A stretch of DNA of 63,375 nt, filler included, from Cercozoa sp. M6MM (taxonomy: Eukaryota; Protista; Endomyxa: Ascetosporea), in assembly GCA_040357565.1 (NCBI GenBank). It is 12 parts of 12 records of this genome, joined end to end, with 100 filler letters (N's around TTAATTAATTAA, not from the genome) between each part and the next. Parts side by side here need not be neighbours in the genome. Positions count along the whole stretch, not along the records: positions 12,845 to 14,015 come from JBDODJ010002136.1; positions 14,116 to 17,376 come from JBDODJ010001533.1; positions 17,477 to 24,515 come from JBDODJ010000668.1; positions 24,616 to 33,451 come from JBDODJ010000508.1; 8 more parts are not named here. One strand, 5' to 3'. Positions 13,945 through 27,101 of the stretch are shown piece by piece (the stretch's first letter is position 1; the number at the start of each line of letters is the position of its first letter). Made by a program: the position numbers and the translations under genes. Under the pieces are notes generated by a model. It was not told where the DNA came from. It did no database searches and saw nothing but the letters and a program-made list of their open reading frames with translations.

Positions 13945-14115
13945 TATGCAAGATGACATACACACATACACATACACACACACATACACACACACATACA
14001 CACACACACATACACNNNNNNNNNNNNNNNNNNNNNNNNNNNNNNNNNNNNNNNNNNNNTTAATTAATTAANNNNNNNNNNNNNNNNNNNNNNNNNNNNN
14101 NNNNNNNNNNNNNNN

Positions 14116-16454
14116 CCCCCCCCGTTTCACGCCGCAGATGCCCCCCCCCGGTGCCTCTTCGGTCATTTACCCCCTACCCATCTAATCTTAGGTACTGACG
14201 GGTCTGCGCGCACTGGATGTGCTGTGGTACGTTGTTAGTCCAAATAGACCAGTCTGTCCAAATAGACCCGCCTGTTTAAATGGATTAAACTGTGCGTCCA
14301 TGTGTGCTGTCCATGTGTGCGTCCATTTGGACAGGCCGATCGGACGAGGCAGCAGCGTAGCCGTGGCGGCACCTGGTGATGCCAGTCCGTCCGAGGTGCT
14401 GCGCGACATGGCCGTCTTCATGGCGCAGCAGGAGCGACATACGCCCGAGGTACACCTCCTTACCCCCTACCTCCTGCCCCTACCCCTACCCCTACCTCCT
14501 ACCTCTACCCCTACCCCCTACCCCCCTACAACCCCCAGGAGAAGGTGCAACGCGTGGTATACTGCGCGATGGACTGCTCGAGTGCCGAGTTGGACCAGCG
14601 CGTGCGCAGTTTCCAGCAGCGACTGGGCCGACACATGCGCAACGTCGTCATTGTCGGCGCGCCCAACGACGACACGCGCGCGCAGCAGTCGTTGGTGCAC
14701 TTGCCCTCCCCTTTACCCCTCCCCTTTACCCCCCCCCCCCTCTTTACCCCTCTTTGCCCCTTCCCTTACCCCCTCTTTGCCCCTTCCCTTAGCCTCTTTA
14801 TCTCCCTCTTTACCTCCTCTTTACCCCTATTTATCTCTTATCTTGCTGTTTTACGTCCCTTTATTTCCTTACTCCCTTCTTTACCCCTCCTTACCCCCAG
14901 GCACCGCTTACGGCACTAGCGATCGCCGACGACTTTCGGCGCATCGGCGAGGACGCCGTTGTTGTTTTGGACGGACTGCACGAGTACCTGGCCGCGCGTG
15001 TCTGCACACACGGCGGACGCAAACAAGTAGGTCCACGTACGCGCGGACACACGTGTCTCCACTTTTACTTGACACTCTGCGCAGGCGATCGGTCCGCGCG
15101 TCCCGACGCTGATCGCGCGACTACTGCAGCGCGCCTACACGATGCCGATCGCCATGGGCGGTGCCGCCATGACCGTCATCGCCGGCGCCAACACCGACGT
15201 CGACTCCGACGCCGGCACACGTATCTTTTCCTTGTATTTTCCTACGTCCGCGCGGACGTTTTTTCCTTCCGCGCGGATGTTTTCTTGTTTTTTTTTTTGC
15301 TTCCGCGCGGATGTCTTGTTTTGCTTCCGCGCGGGTGTCTTTTTTTTTTGCTTCCGCGCGGACGAGAATGCCGCTGTGTGCGTGTGATCAGGCATACGTG
15401 GCGCGTTGTTCGCGGAGCCGCACGTGGGCGACATGCTGCAGCAGGCGGGCGACTCGTTCGTGAAGCTGGAGACGCCGTCGTCGCTGACGGGGTTCCGGTA
15501 CCCGTCGGTGGAGTTCTCGCACGCCACACTGTGTGCCAGTCCGCGCTGGCGATCGTCGGTGTCGGCGTGCTTCCTGCAGGACGCCGTCAAGGTGCGCGAT
15601 GAGTTGGCGGCGCTGTCGGCGCAGCTTAAAACTGGCGCCATTGGTGCACGTGTCGAGGCCATGAACCCGGTTGGTTGTGACCTTGCTATGTCTATTGTGT
15701 CAAGGGCTGACTTGGCTGGTGACTTGGCTTCTAGGCCTACTCGCTGAAGAAGCCGGACCCGGCAACACACGTGTTTTCGAAGTGAGTTGCCTTTCATGTT
15801 TGTATGTATACATATAGATGGATGTGTGTGTATTCATTGATGTGTATGGGTTGGTGGTAGGAGAAGGCGGTTCCACCGACTGCGACAGTGTTTCGATCAG
15901 CGCAACAGCAAACCGTTATCGCGTGCGCAGCTCACATTGTAGCGTTTACCCCCCCCCCCTCGCTCCCCTTGTCTGTACATACATGCTGCTACGTAGATGG
16001 CTCATGCTGATTTCGGACGAAGAACGTCTTGACGCGATGGAGTGAGATTTCTTTTCCTTGATGTATTTGTTTATTTTAAGTATTTGTGACCTTGACGGTG
16101 CAGTGCCACGAAAATGCCAGAAATCGAGGCGGAAGTGTTCGCTTTTGTAGAGGAAAATTACCCGCAGGTGATGCAGGAGCTCGGACAACTGCGCGCTAAC
16201 TCGCGCATGACGGCACGCCTGCGCAACGAGGCACAGGAGGCCATCGACGCCTACTTCCAGGTACCAACACGCCCTTGCTACTTGTTTCAAACACTGAGTT
16301 TCTCTCTATGTTCATCTTCCCTCTCGCACAGACGCAGACGGCGAGACGCCGCGAGAAGTCGCAGCAGGCGATGCAGCGCCAGCAAGAGGCCGAAGCCATG
16401 CTGCAAGATGAGGACGAAGTAGAGCGGCTTCTTGCCGAGATCTCGTCTGAGTAA
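14116..16454 (+). CDS. Highly divergent F1-ATP synthase alpha-subunit-like protein lacking the P-loop (5' truncated)
   Basis: VLTGLRALDVLWPIGRG, VVYCAM, QSLAPLTALAIADDFRRIGEDAVVVLDGL, ARLLQRAYTM..GGAAMTVI and IEAEVFAFVEENYPQVMQEL follow the F1 alpha motif order. Confidence 0.8.
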
Positions 16455-16863
16455 AATCGATTGAGCGCACTTCGAATTCGACGCGGAACTCAACTTCCGC
16501 ACGGCAGTTGTCGTGTGACCTCGTTTTTTCCATTTGTCGTGTCGTGTTCTGGGCTCATCCAGCGCAGAAAATTGGCGTAAGTAAACCGAACGAACGGAGA
16601 ACGCGCACGAATCGAGTTTTCAAGAAACCAGGGCGATAACAGCATCTTCGAGTCATGCATGTGCTGTGCAGCAGTAGAGCCGGGTCGCAGTCGGTTTGTT
16701 CGGTCGCGTCGAGTCAATTTACTATCACATCCGCGCGGATAGTGTTAAACTAAACGATCTGGCTGGGACTAAACCTAGTTGGTAGAGATACTGTAAACTT
16801 ACTGTACTGAGCGCACCACTGCCCGTCAGCCTGCCAGCCTCCGATCTGAAGAGTCACGCTGCA

Positions 16864-17245
16864 ATGTTGCCTCCCGCGTTTCGACTGTTCTTGCAGTTAA
16901 CGTTGCTGTTCTTCGTGTTTCCCTGTGCTACGCAAACGATCACATTGAATTTCTCTGTGAGGTACTTAAGTACCTAGTTTTAGTCTCAACGTGAAGTCCC
17001 TCGCTGTTAGAGCGATTCCTCGATTTACTGCACTGTACACTGTCGCGCACGTGGTAAAGTAAAAATGTCCGTTCGTTCGGTTTGAAGACAAACTACACCG
17101 GTGCGACTATCTTAGGTAGCCGATGAACATAACACAATGGTCGACAACGGGACTCGTGGTACTCGCTTCAAGGTATCCAACGTGACAGCATATACAAATA
17201 GATTGATTCTTCCATTCCGTGATCAGATAAACTTCGACATTCAGG
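16864..17245 (+). CDS. N-terminal exons of a secreted protein
   Basis: Signal-peptide-like MLPPAFRLFLQLTLLFFVFPCATQ followed by in-phase short exons; truncated at the linker. Confidence 0.6.
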
Positions 17246-17322
17246 GTTCGTTTTACCAATAGAGTACAGACACTCGCGGAGAAGCTTGAAATGCGCGCGC
17301 GCTTGTGTGTGTGTGTGTTTGT

Positions 17323-17376
<54 letters not shown>

Positions 17377-17544
17377 NNNNNNNNNNNNNNNNNNNNNNNN
17401 NNNNNNNNNNNNNNNNNNNNTTAATTAATTAANNNNNNNNNNNNNNNNNNNNNNNNNNNNNNNNNNNNNNNNNNNNTTTTTTTTTTGTTTTTGCTTGTAT
17501 TTTTGTCCGGTGAGTGAAAAGTTGTTGAGTTGTCGTCTCCCTAG

Positions 17545-19047
17545 ATTGTGGGTCTTACGGTGGGCGGTGACTCGCCTCCTCCACCGAGCGTGCCCCCGCC
17601 AAGTCCGCCCCCAAGCATCCCTCCGCCACCGTGCTTTGTTTTTAACCTCAGTTTTCGAACTGAAAACTAACTTTACACAGTATTCAATAGACTGAGAAAT
17701 CCTGTGTGTTATAGGCCGAGTCAGCCGCCTCCGCCGGTTCAACCGACCCCCCCACCCCCTCCGGCTCAACCAACCCCACCCCCTCCGGCTCAACCAACCC
17801 CACCTCCACCAAGCCAACCAACCCCACCTCCTCCAAGCCAACCAACCCCACCTCCTCCAAGCCAACCAACCCCTCCCCCTCCGAGTCAACCGAGTCCACC
17901 ACCTCCGAGTCAACCGAGTCCACCACCTCCGAGTCCACCGCCGAGTCCCCCATCCGTACGTTTCACGTGTTGCAGCATCCAAAATTACGATTGATGCACA
18001 ACTTCTGAAATGAGTTTTGAGCAGACTCGGACTCCCACACCGACAGTGACTCCAACAATGGTAGTTACGGCAACTGAACTCGCTCTCATTCGGTTACTAC
18101 TGTGCGTTTGTCGTGCAGACGAGTACGCCGACGGCAACGCTCACTCCAGTGAGTTGTTTCGTCTCAGCTTGAAGAAAGACCTTCCTCTGTGAGTTCTAGT
18201 TTCGTATTTTCGCAGACCGAAACAGAACCGCCCTACGGCTTCGAACCTCCAGCTGACGAAGGTCACACCGGTCCGTCCAGTCGTTTTTAATGTTCAGCTT
18301 GTGTCCTTTGGCATGTTTACGTTCGTTTAAGCAGACAGAAAACGTCGTGTACGACTGCTTTCGATCTTGCACGAAAAACAGGCCGCCAACGGACTGCCTT
18401 GCGTCCAGAAATCTGTAAAAAACTGATCAGTTTTCTGTTTCACAAACTCAGTTGAGTTTTCTCTTTTGCAGTCGGAAATGCCAAAGTATGTGCTGAACGA
18501 CGACGGCGCCGTCGTATTTGACGAAATGAAACTCTCCAATGAATTCATAGTGCGACTAACGGCTTCCTACCACAACGATGTGACGGTACAAATCTATTTT
18601 TTGACGGCAAGCGTTTCTCCAATCTGACTCGGAAAAAAGTAACTTTGAATTTTGCAGACACTGGTGTACGAGATCACGCGCACAGGCGACAGTACGATGC
18701 AATTTGCAGCCGTGTCACTGCCAGGCTCCAAGAAACCGGCGAATTCATGCGCACCGCTCAATGTGCCACTGCGTGACTGCAACAATTTCGCGTCGTTTTC
18801 GCACTGCGCGGACAACGGTGCGTCGCTCTTCGTGGGCCTGCGCGGCATCGCTGAAACGGCTGCCGGAAGCGATGTGCAGCGTCTGACGCTCAAATTCGCC
18901 GGTCGCAAGCAACTACAAGTCGGCTGGATGCAGGTGCACGGCTCCCAACGCGATCAAGCGGCCTCTGACGACCAGTTCCGCTACGTTGTGCCGTCTGCTG
19001 ATTGCACTGCGGACAATTGCGCCTTCCTGGACCAGTCGCTAGACTGA
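17545..19047 (+). CDS. Pro/Ser/Thr-rich (extensin/mucin-like) protein with a Cys-containing C-terminal domain
   Basis: (SQPTPPPP)n 24-bp coding repeats at ~17715-17955, TPTPT exons, terminal exon TLVYEITRTGD...CAFLDQSLD*. Confidence 0.7.
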
Positions 19048-19325
19048 CAAATTAGTTCGTTCGTTTTTAGTATGGTAAAGTTAACTGTTTCGGTATGGAT
19101 ACCAGGAGACTGAACTACTGACGTCGGTCAGTTAGAAAGCCACAAAGGGAGGAGTAGGGTCGTCGAAAGCTACTGTTCCTAGCAGCAAACTAAATTATAA
19201 TGGTTCAGGTTTGATCGTTCGCGCTGACGAGTAGTTCTCGTCAGGTAGACTTGCGTTGACGTAAATGACTGAGAATCGCAATGTAAACTGAAATAGAAGT
19301 AGCGTAGCTAGGCAGCTCCGTCCGC

Positions 19326-20469
19326 TAGTCGAGTTTCTTGGGATCTTCGTCCGGCATCAATGAGTCTCTGTAAAACAAAAATAGGGAACGACGCAAAAAA
19401 AAAACAAACGACGTCGGAGTCTTAAAAAAACGCACCGCAGCGCCTCCAACTCGCGTCGTGTGGCATCGTGCACTCGTCGCAATCGCTCGGTTTCGGCTTT
19501 GGACTGTTCAAAAAAACAGTCCAAATACAAAAACTATCGGTTGCTCAAAATGATCACACAAACGTGTTCCTACCAGTTCGAGATGCTGCTGGAGTCGTTC
19601 CTGCTTCTGCTGCACTTGTTTCACTTCCGCTACAAAATTATAGCACAGAACATCAGACAGCTTCTTGTTCCAGAAGACGCACTACCAAGCAGCTTCTTGT
19701 TCGCAGTTCGCAGTTGCGAGTTCTGTTTCTCCAAAAATGCAAGAAAAAGAAGGATGGAGAAACGCACAGAGAAACGCACCTGTTCGACAAAGTGCTGTAT
19801 TCTCTCGACATCGCGACCAGGGGCAGTGTTGAACAAACGCTGTGACTCACTGGTGTGCAAAAAGCCCTGCTTGCGCATGTCTTCAGCCGCCGAGTGCAGT
19901 TGACTGAACAAAGCCTCGAATTCGCGTTTCAACACGAAAAAAGGAAGCGTACCGATTGTTTTCCGACAGCGTGCGAGCCAGTTCGCTTTTATTTGCCGCC
20001 AAACGACGTTGTTTTGTAGCTTCATTTTCCTGCATCCGCGCGGAATTTTTCGAAATTTAACAATCAAAATAAAATCACAGAACAAAAGAGCAATACGGCA
20101 GCTTGTCGCTCGTGCAGCAGACTGACTAAACGGAACACGAGCACGAGACTCGCGAGAGAAAGCACACTGCAGTCAATGTGCCAGTCACGCCGTTCCTCAC
20201 TTTTGTAGCCCATCAGAGACACGAGACACACCGCTGCTGCCTGCAATAAAACAACATATACTAATATATACCCTTGAACCAAACACCCGCATGGATATGT
20301 ACCACGGCAATGCACGTCGGACGGAACAGTCGGCCCAGTCTTTGGCGAATAACCTCAACCACTAGCTGTTTCAGAGTATCCAGCACTACGAAAAAATAAA
20401 CAACAATCTCACAGGAAAACAACAACAAACCGAAAAAGTACCGGGCGCACACCACACGAATGTTAGCAT
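19326..20469 (-). CDS. Single-pass membrane coiled-coil protein of unknown function
   Basis: Exons VLDTLKQLVVEVIRQRLGRLFRPTCIAV/AAAVCLVSLMGYK, ENEATKQRRLAANKSELARTLSENNR, SKAETERLRRVHDATRRELEAL. Confidence 0.5.
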
Positions 20470-23400
20470 GCAGAGCACACTCGTCTGCACAGCTAGCGCG
20501 GCATCTAGGTAAGATTGCATTGAAGCTACACACAGTTGCTCTCGTCCCTGTGACAAAGTTTAGAGCTCCACAGAAAATCTTCGAGCCAACAATTTTGCGT
20601 ATTCTGCGTCCGTTTGGAACTATCAGAGTCGATAGAGTCGATAGAGTCGATAGCTGTTATGGTGCCGTAGAGTGCATTACACAGACAGTAAGGCACATGA
20701 GATGCGATCATTTCGCACGCGGGTGCTAGCACGCCTACGTAGACCGGTGATAGTGCAGCGCCGCGCCATCGCGAGCAATATCCGCGAACAGGTGATCAGA
20801 TAGATATCCTTAACTGACACAAGTGGCAGTGTTGTCTACGTATACGTGTGGAAACAGTTGGCCCACCTGACGCGATTGATAGCTGACAGGCCAGGTGTGT
20901 TCTTCCCTGTCTCTTGTAAAAGTGGGAGAGTATTGCTGACGCCTGACGTGCAGAGACACACGACGAACGCGAAGCACTCAGTGTGCCCAGGCTGCCGGAG
21001 AGATTCGATTCGTGTGATGCGGTACTTTGACATTGTCTGACACATTTTATGTCCATGCTAGTCACTCTGTGTCTGCAGCTCTTTCTGAAAGAGACAGGCG
21101 AAGACGATATTGAGTCAGCACGCGGATATTTGCGGCGTTTCTTCCACCTGTCGCGACAACTTGATCAGACACTCAGCGTCGATCATGGTACAGTCTGTCA
21201 TCTGTGTGGATTGCGAAAACTAAAGTCTCATTGCTTTCTCTTTGATAGACGTGGAGGAACGCGTGGATGTGCTTTTTGTCGGCGAACTGAAAGCTGCTAT
21301 CTTGGTATTTTCCGTCCCAGCAGTTGTGCTTATTGACCGCTTGTCGCGAATCGCTCTTTGTGTTTGATAGCTCCCATTAACAGCCTACAATGCGTACTCC
21401 ACGGTACTTCCTGACGATGTGTTGTAGTGCCAGAGTGCGACTGGACTGCTTTTGTGTGACAGGGACGAAACGACGAGCAGCACCGAAGACGTTCGCGCGA
21501 GCTTGCTGCCTTCATGCATTGTATGTTAATCTTGTGTGCTCCCAGTTTTTCTTGAACTGACTCGGTGTTTTTAGCTTTCCTGCTGGGTCGAGCAAAAACG
21601 CACAAAATCTTGCAACGCGAGTTTTCGGCGGAAGAGGATGAGAGGTGCTTTTTCTTTGCTTATGCTTTGACTTTTCTTTTCTTGAAAGTCTTTGTGTTCA
21701 GTTCTTGGCCTCGCCGCCTGCGGCACATGTTTCTTCTGCCTGTGCTGACTGAAGCTTTGCTTGTGCCGCAACATGCTTCTCGATACAGGTCGGTCTCAGG
21801 CTTCACCTTTCGGGGTTGCGTTTGATTTAATTTTTTGTGCAGTGCCTTTCATGACGAGTCCATACGAAAATATGAGCGATCGTATACTTTGTTTTTTCGA
21901 GTTGTTTCCAGCTGTGGAGATATTTCATGCTTTAGCGAGCCGACCTCGGTTCTGTCGTCGATTTTTCCGACTCTAGTACCCAATGTTACTGGTACAACAA
22001 ACTTGTGCGTTTCTCCAGTTCTTGTTTTTTTGTATTTTGTTTGCTAAAAACTTTATCAGACAAGAATATGGAGGATTTGGACGGTGACGTGGCTGTCTAT
22101 GTTGCAAGAGTCGATCTGGCCAATCGGCGGTTTCTGACGGCACTATGTGTGTCACTTCTGCACGGAGATGAGACTCTTTCGACGCAAGAGCGAACTGATC
22201 TTGAGTATCTGCTGCATGCACTTCGCGTTGATCGAATGGGCGTCCGTTCTGGTATTTCTTGTATTTTCAGTGAGTCTAACGTAGAGAGAATTTCTGCAAC
22301 GCAGGCAAAACCATGGCTGGGCTGATGCAGTCGTCCGCAGACCTCCTGGGCGCTGCCTGTGGCTTTCTGACTGACTTGCCAAGAGGCCGATTGCGCACCT
22401 ACCTGTCTTCTGGCCTCCGAGGTCTTGTGCATGCTGACTCTTCTTTCTTTCAGGAGCTTTACGAAAGGTACAGTTTTGTTTTTTTTTGTTTTTGTTTCAG
22501 TTTTGAAAATACCAAAATTCGTTGTTCCGTCTCAATGATCAAAGTAACGCGTGTGTGACTTGTTTTTAGACACTCTGAGCGAGTGGCGGCTCGGTGCGCC
22601 GATTTAATTCAAGTGCTATCTGCTTCTAGTTGGCGCTTTCGACGGCCATTCTCGGATGAACTTGAGTACGGCTTGTTTTTCTTTGTGTGGAGTCTCGTAT
22701 GCTGTGAGACTCGGCTATGTGTGCAGACTGCTTGCACTGGCATCCCTGCCAGACGTGGCGTTGAAGTACATTGAGTGAGTTTTTTGTTTTCCTATCGGTC
22801 AGTTTGGGTCAATTGTGAAATTGATGTTTGTTTTTTTCCAAGGTACATCGGCGATCGGCGGTTGGCGGTTCTGCTACGTCGACTGAACGAACTCGGCTTT
22901 TTGGCGCTCAAGTGCGACACAGAAAGTGACTTGGTGCGTTTTGTTTATTTCGTTTTTTTCTTTTTCAGTTTGCTGTTGCTTTTGTGGTTAAAATATGGGA
23001 GAAACGCAGGGTCTGATGCGGCACAAGGAGGTTCTGAGGGCGCAAGCGCTGTTGCACTCGGATCGTGACTATCTGATCGCTGAGGCGAACAATTCACTCG
23101 TGCGTTTCTCTTTTTTAAATAAGTGTAGTAGCTTAAATTCTCTTTGTTTTTTTTTAATAGAGCGCCGTGGCCTCGCAAAACTTGGACGCGTTTGCGCGTG
23201 CTTTCGCCTTTTACGCTTCTTAACACTTCACTATTTTTGTTCTCCTCTATTCCTTTACCTCCTCGAGTAGGTCTAATAAACGCACGCGGCCACGAGCAGG
23301 GTCAGCTGATGAGCAAGCTGTTTGCTGACGTGTTCGAGTTGCGTGTCGGTCTGAGGTAGTTTGCTGCCGAGCTTACCCCTTTACTCCCCTTGACCCACTT

Positions 23401-24490
23401 TACCCCCCTCCCGACTGATATGTGTGATGAGTGTAGATCGCTGATCTGCGATTCGATCAATTCCCTGCATCACTTTGTAGCTTGTGTTTACCCCCTTTAC
23501 ATCTCCCTCCCCCTCCCCTGTACCCAGTGAGTATAGATTCTGCCGGTGAACGATGTGGTGCGGGAGGTGCGAAAGTACCTTTTGCAGTGTGTGCGAATGA
23601 ACTGGCTGCGTGGACCGGTAGCTTTACCCCCATCCACCTCTTAGCTTGACCCATTTTTCTACCTTCCACGTGTGCAGGTATCGGTGGTGGCTGGAACACC
23701 ACCAGTTAATTTTAATCCGGACTTGAGCGACATGGAAAGGGACGTGTACGGCGGCACCAGCGTCTCTGCCGCGGAACAGGCGCGCTACTTGGCATGGCGG
23801 GTAGGCTTTACTCTCTATATACCCCCTATTTACCCCCTCTATATACCTCCCTTTATATCCCTCTATACTTCTCTATATACCCTCTTCTGCCCCTCTATGT
23901 ACCCCTCTATATACCCCTCTATACACCCCTTTATATCCCGTCTATATACTCCTTATATCCCCTCTATATACCCTTCTATATGCCCCTCCATATACCCCTC
24001 TATATACCCCTCTATATGCCCCTCCATATACCCCTCTATATACCCCTCTATATCCCCTCTATATACCTCCTCTTTATCCCACATGTTAACTCCTTTGTGC
24101 ACCCATTGTCTACCCGTTGTATGCCCCTGTACGCCCCTCTGCTTGTGGACCCTTAGCGAGTGCTGCTGGAGCGAAGAGTGGTGACACGTGACACGTCGCT
24201 GTTGCTGGAGTGGCTTCGATCGACGCCCAAGTCGCTCGAGTCGCTGTCGATCGCGGTGTGTTACCCCCATCCACCCCCCATTTACCCCACTTTACCCCCC
24301 CCCCCCGCAGGGAAGGAAAGGCACCGTGGCACGTGAACACAACAATTCGAAATTCTGCGCGCGCGCCGCTTGCTTGCTGTAGCTGTTACTGTTACCCCTT
24401 CCCCCCTTACCCCCTTACCCCTCCCCCCTTACCCCCTTTACCCCCTCTAGTGCGCTTCCATTGGTGCGTTTGACGAAGCACAGACTCGGT
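20460..24490 (+). CDS. Large multi-exon helical orphan protein, possibly with a mitochondrial presequence (3' truncated)
   Basis: More than 20 exons, e.g. [68 protein letters not shown]. Confidence 0.6.
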
Positions 24491-24615
24491 GCGTTTCCCT
24501 GTTTACCCCCCCCCCNNNNNNNNNNNNNNNNNNNNNNNNNNNNNNNNNNNNNNNNNNNNTTAATTAATTAANNNNNNNNNNNNNNNNNNNNNNNNNNNNN
24601 NNNNNNNNNNNNNNN

Positions 24616-24714
24616 CTGCACCAGCGACACATTGCCTATCGTGATGTCAAGTTGGAGAACATGATACTCGACTCGGAGGGTTCTTTTCTCCTTGTCATCC
24701 TTGTGGAGACTATC

Positions 24715-24749
<35 letters not shown>

Positions 24750-25358
24750 CTTGCAGGTAACTGTCACGTTAGCGACCTCGGTCTAGCCGTGCATGTGCGA
24801 AAGAGCGACAAGGATCGGTACATCACAGAGAGCGTCTGTGAGTGTAGTGTGCGGGTGTACACAAGAGAGGGGGCAAAAGGGTGGATAGAGACACCTGTGT
24901 GTGTGTATGTGTGTGTGTGTGTCTGCAGACGAAGAAGAAGGAGTCGCAGACAGTCCAGCGAGGACGACGACGAGAACGAGAGCGAGGACAACACGCCCGG
25001 CTTCATTCGAGGCTACGCGGTACACCTTGCTTCTGTCGGTTTGCGTGTATTATGTATGGACACTGACTGTATAGGGCACTCCCGGGTATGCCTCTCCGGA
25101 GGTGGTGCAGTTTAAGTGGTACACCACGTCGACCGACCTGTTCAGGTACCTGTGTGCCTGTGGTTATTTGTTGGCATGCAGGGTATTTCCATCTCTCTGT
25201 TTGTGTGTGTGTCTGGGTGCAGTTTCGGTGTGCTGCTGTACCGTCTGCTGTGCGGTCTGAAGCCGTTCGACAGCCACACGCTGCGACTCGGTGCCTTGTT
25301 GGCCGGCAAGAAGGCGCGTCACCCGGCGTACCTGCTCTCTGCATGTCCAATTGTCCCG

Positions 25359-25406
<48 letters not shown>

Positions 25407-25416
25407 NNNNNNNNNN

Positions 25417-25466
<50 letters not shown>

Positions 25467-27062
25467 ATGCGTATCCCTGGCACGGCAGGCACGCGGCGCG
25501 ACCGCCGCACCCGGCGCTGCCGCTGCCGCCGAACGTGGACGACGCCGCCGACGAGCACGCGCACGGTGCGCCGGACACGGCGACCACCCACGAAACCGAC
25601 GCCGCCGATCACGCTGGCGGACTCACGATGAGTGGTCACGTGGGTGGCCACATGGGCGGTCACAATGGTGCCCACATGAGCGGTCTTATGAGCGGTCGCC
25701 TGGGCGGTCTGATGAGCGGGCACATGGGTGGTCTCACAAGTGGACACGCGAGTGGTCACGCGAGTGGTCACACCAGTGGCCACGTGAGCGGCCACACCAC
25801 GCCTTCGCACAGCGTGCTGGCGCACGTGCACCACGAGAGTCCGCACCACGGCGGCGGCAACAGCTCGGGCGCCAGCAGTCGCGTCTCGGCACTGCGCACA
25901 CAGCATCAGTACGCCGCCATTGTGCGCAACCTGCGGTACATACCCTCATGCTTCCTCACTTCACCTCCAGGTATTCTCCCTGAGTTTGCTGTGACTGCAG
26001 GGAGAGAATGACGCGTCTCAAGGCACTCGGCTACTCCGAGGTCGATGCACCTGTCCATGGTACTTACCTAGTGTCTGTACTGTACGTGTGTCTTTGAATA
26101 TGTATGTATGCGTGTGTCAATTCTATCTAGGTGGCGACTCAGCCGTAGTGAAAGAGGTGCTCCTGCTGCGTAAGGATGTGGCATTGCTGAGTCACCAGAA
26201 GGGTAACGTTCTGTCTTTGTGTGTATTTTTCTGAGTGCATGTATGTGCGCGTGTACAGAGCAAGTGCGCATGCGACTGAACGCAATGTCGCGTCAGATGA
26301 GGCACACGAGCACACCGCCCAACACGGGTCGCAACAACAACAGCGTCAATCAGGACCATACGACAAGCACCATAGTCAACCACACCAACAACTTGTCACG
26401 TCAGGTGTCGTTTCAAAACCACCAAAAGTCACACCACCCGCAGGTACACGCTAACTGTGGGCGCGTGGGTGTGCTCTCGTATGCTAGCGCCCTACAATGA
26501 TTTCTGTCGCGCCTTAGGTGTCCCAGCAACTGTCCCTGGCACGCAAGATGGAGCAACTGGACCGCAACGTGTGCCAGGCCACGCCCTTCTTGCCAGACTT
26601 TGTGTTCTCGCAGGAGGTGCGCAATCTGCTGCGCGGCTTGCTGCACAAGAACCCGCGCGAGCGACTGGGCGCGCCGCAGGGCACGTCGGCCGACTCCGTG
26701 GACCGCGGTAAGCGTTTGACTGTCTCAGTTTCAGTGTGGTACAAACAGTATGTTGACTCACTTGACGTGTTGAGTGCAGGCTTTGACCGTCTTAAGCGGC
26801 ACCCGTGGTTCCGCGGCGTGCAGTGGGATCGCCTAGAGCACTCGATGGCACCGTTCGTGCCCAGGTAGAGCTCCCTGTCTCTGCTGTGACTGATGTGGGC
26901 TGGTATGTGTATGCTGGTGTTGTTGCAGTGTGGAAGACGTCAACACAGAGGCGACGCGGCACATCACGCGACGGCGCGGACACATGCAGCACCTGCGCAT
27001 GCTGCAGCGACGTGCCGTCGAGCGACGTCGGGTATAGATGACCCGTGCTGTCACGTCTAAAC

Positions 27063-27101
<39 letters not shown>

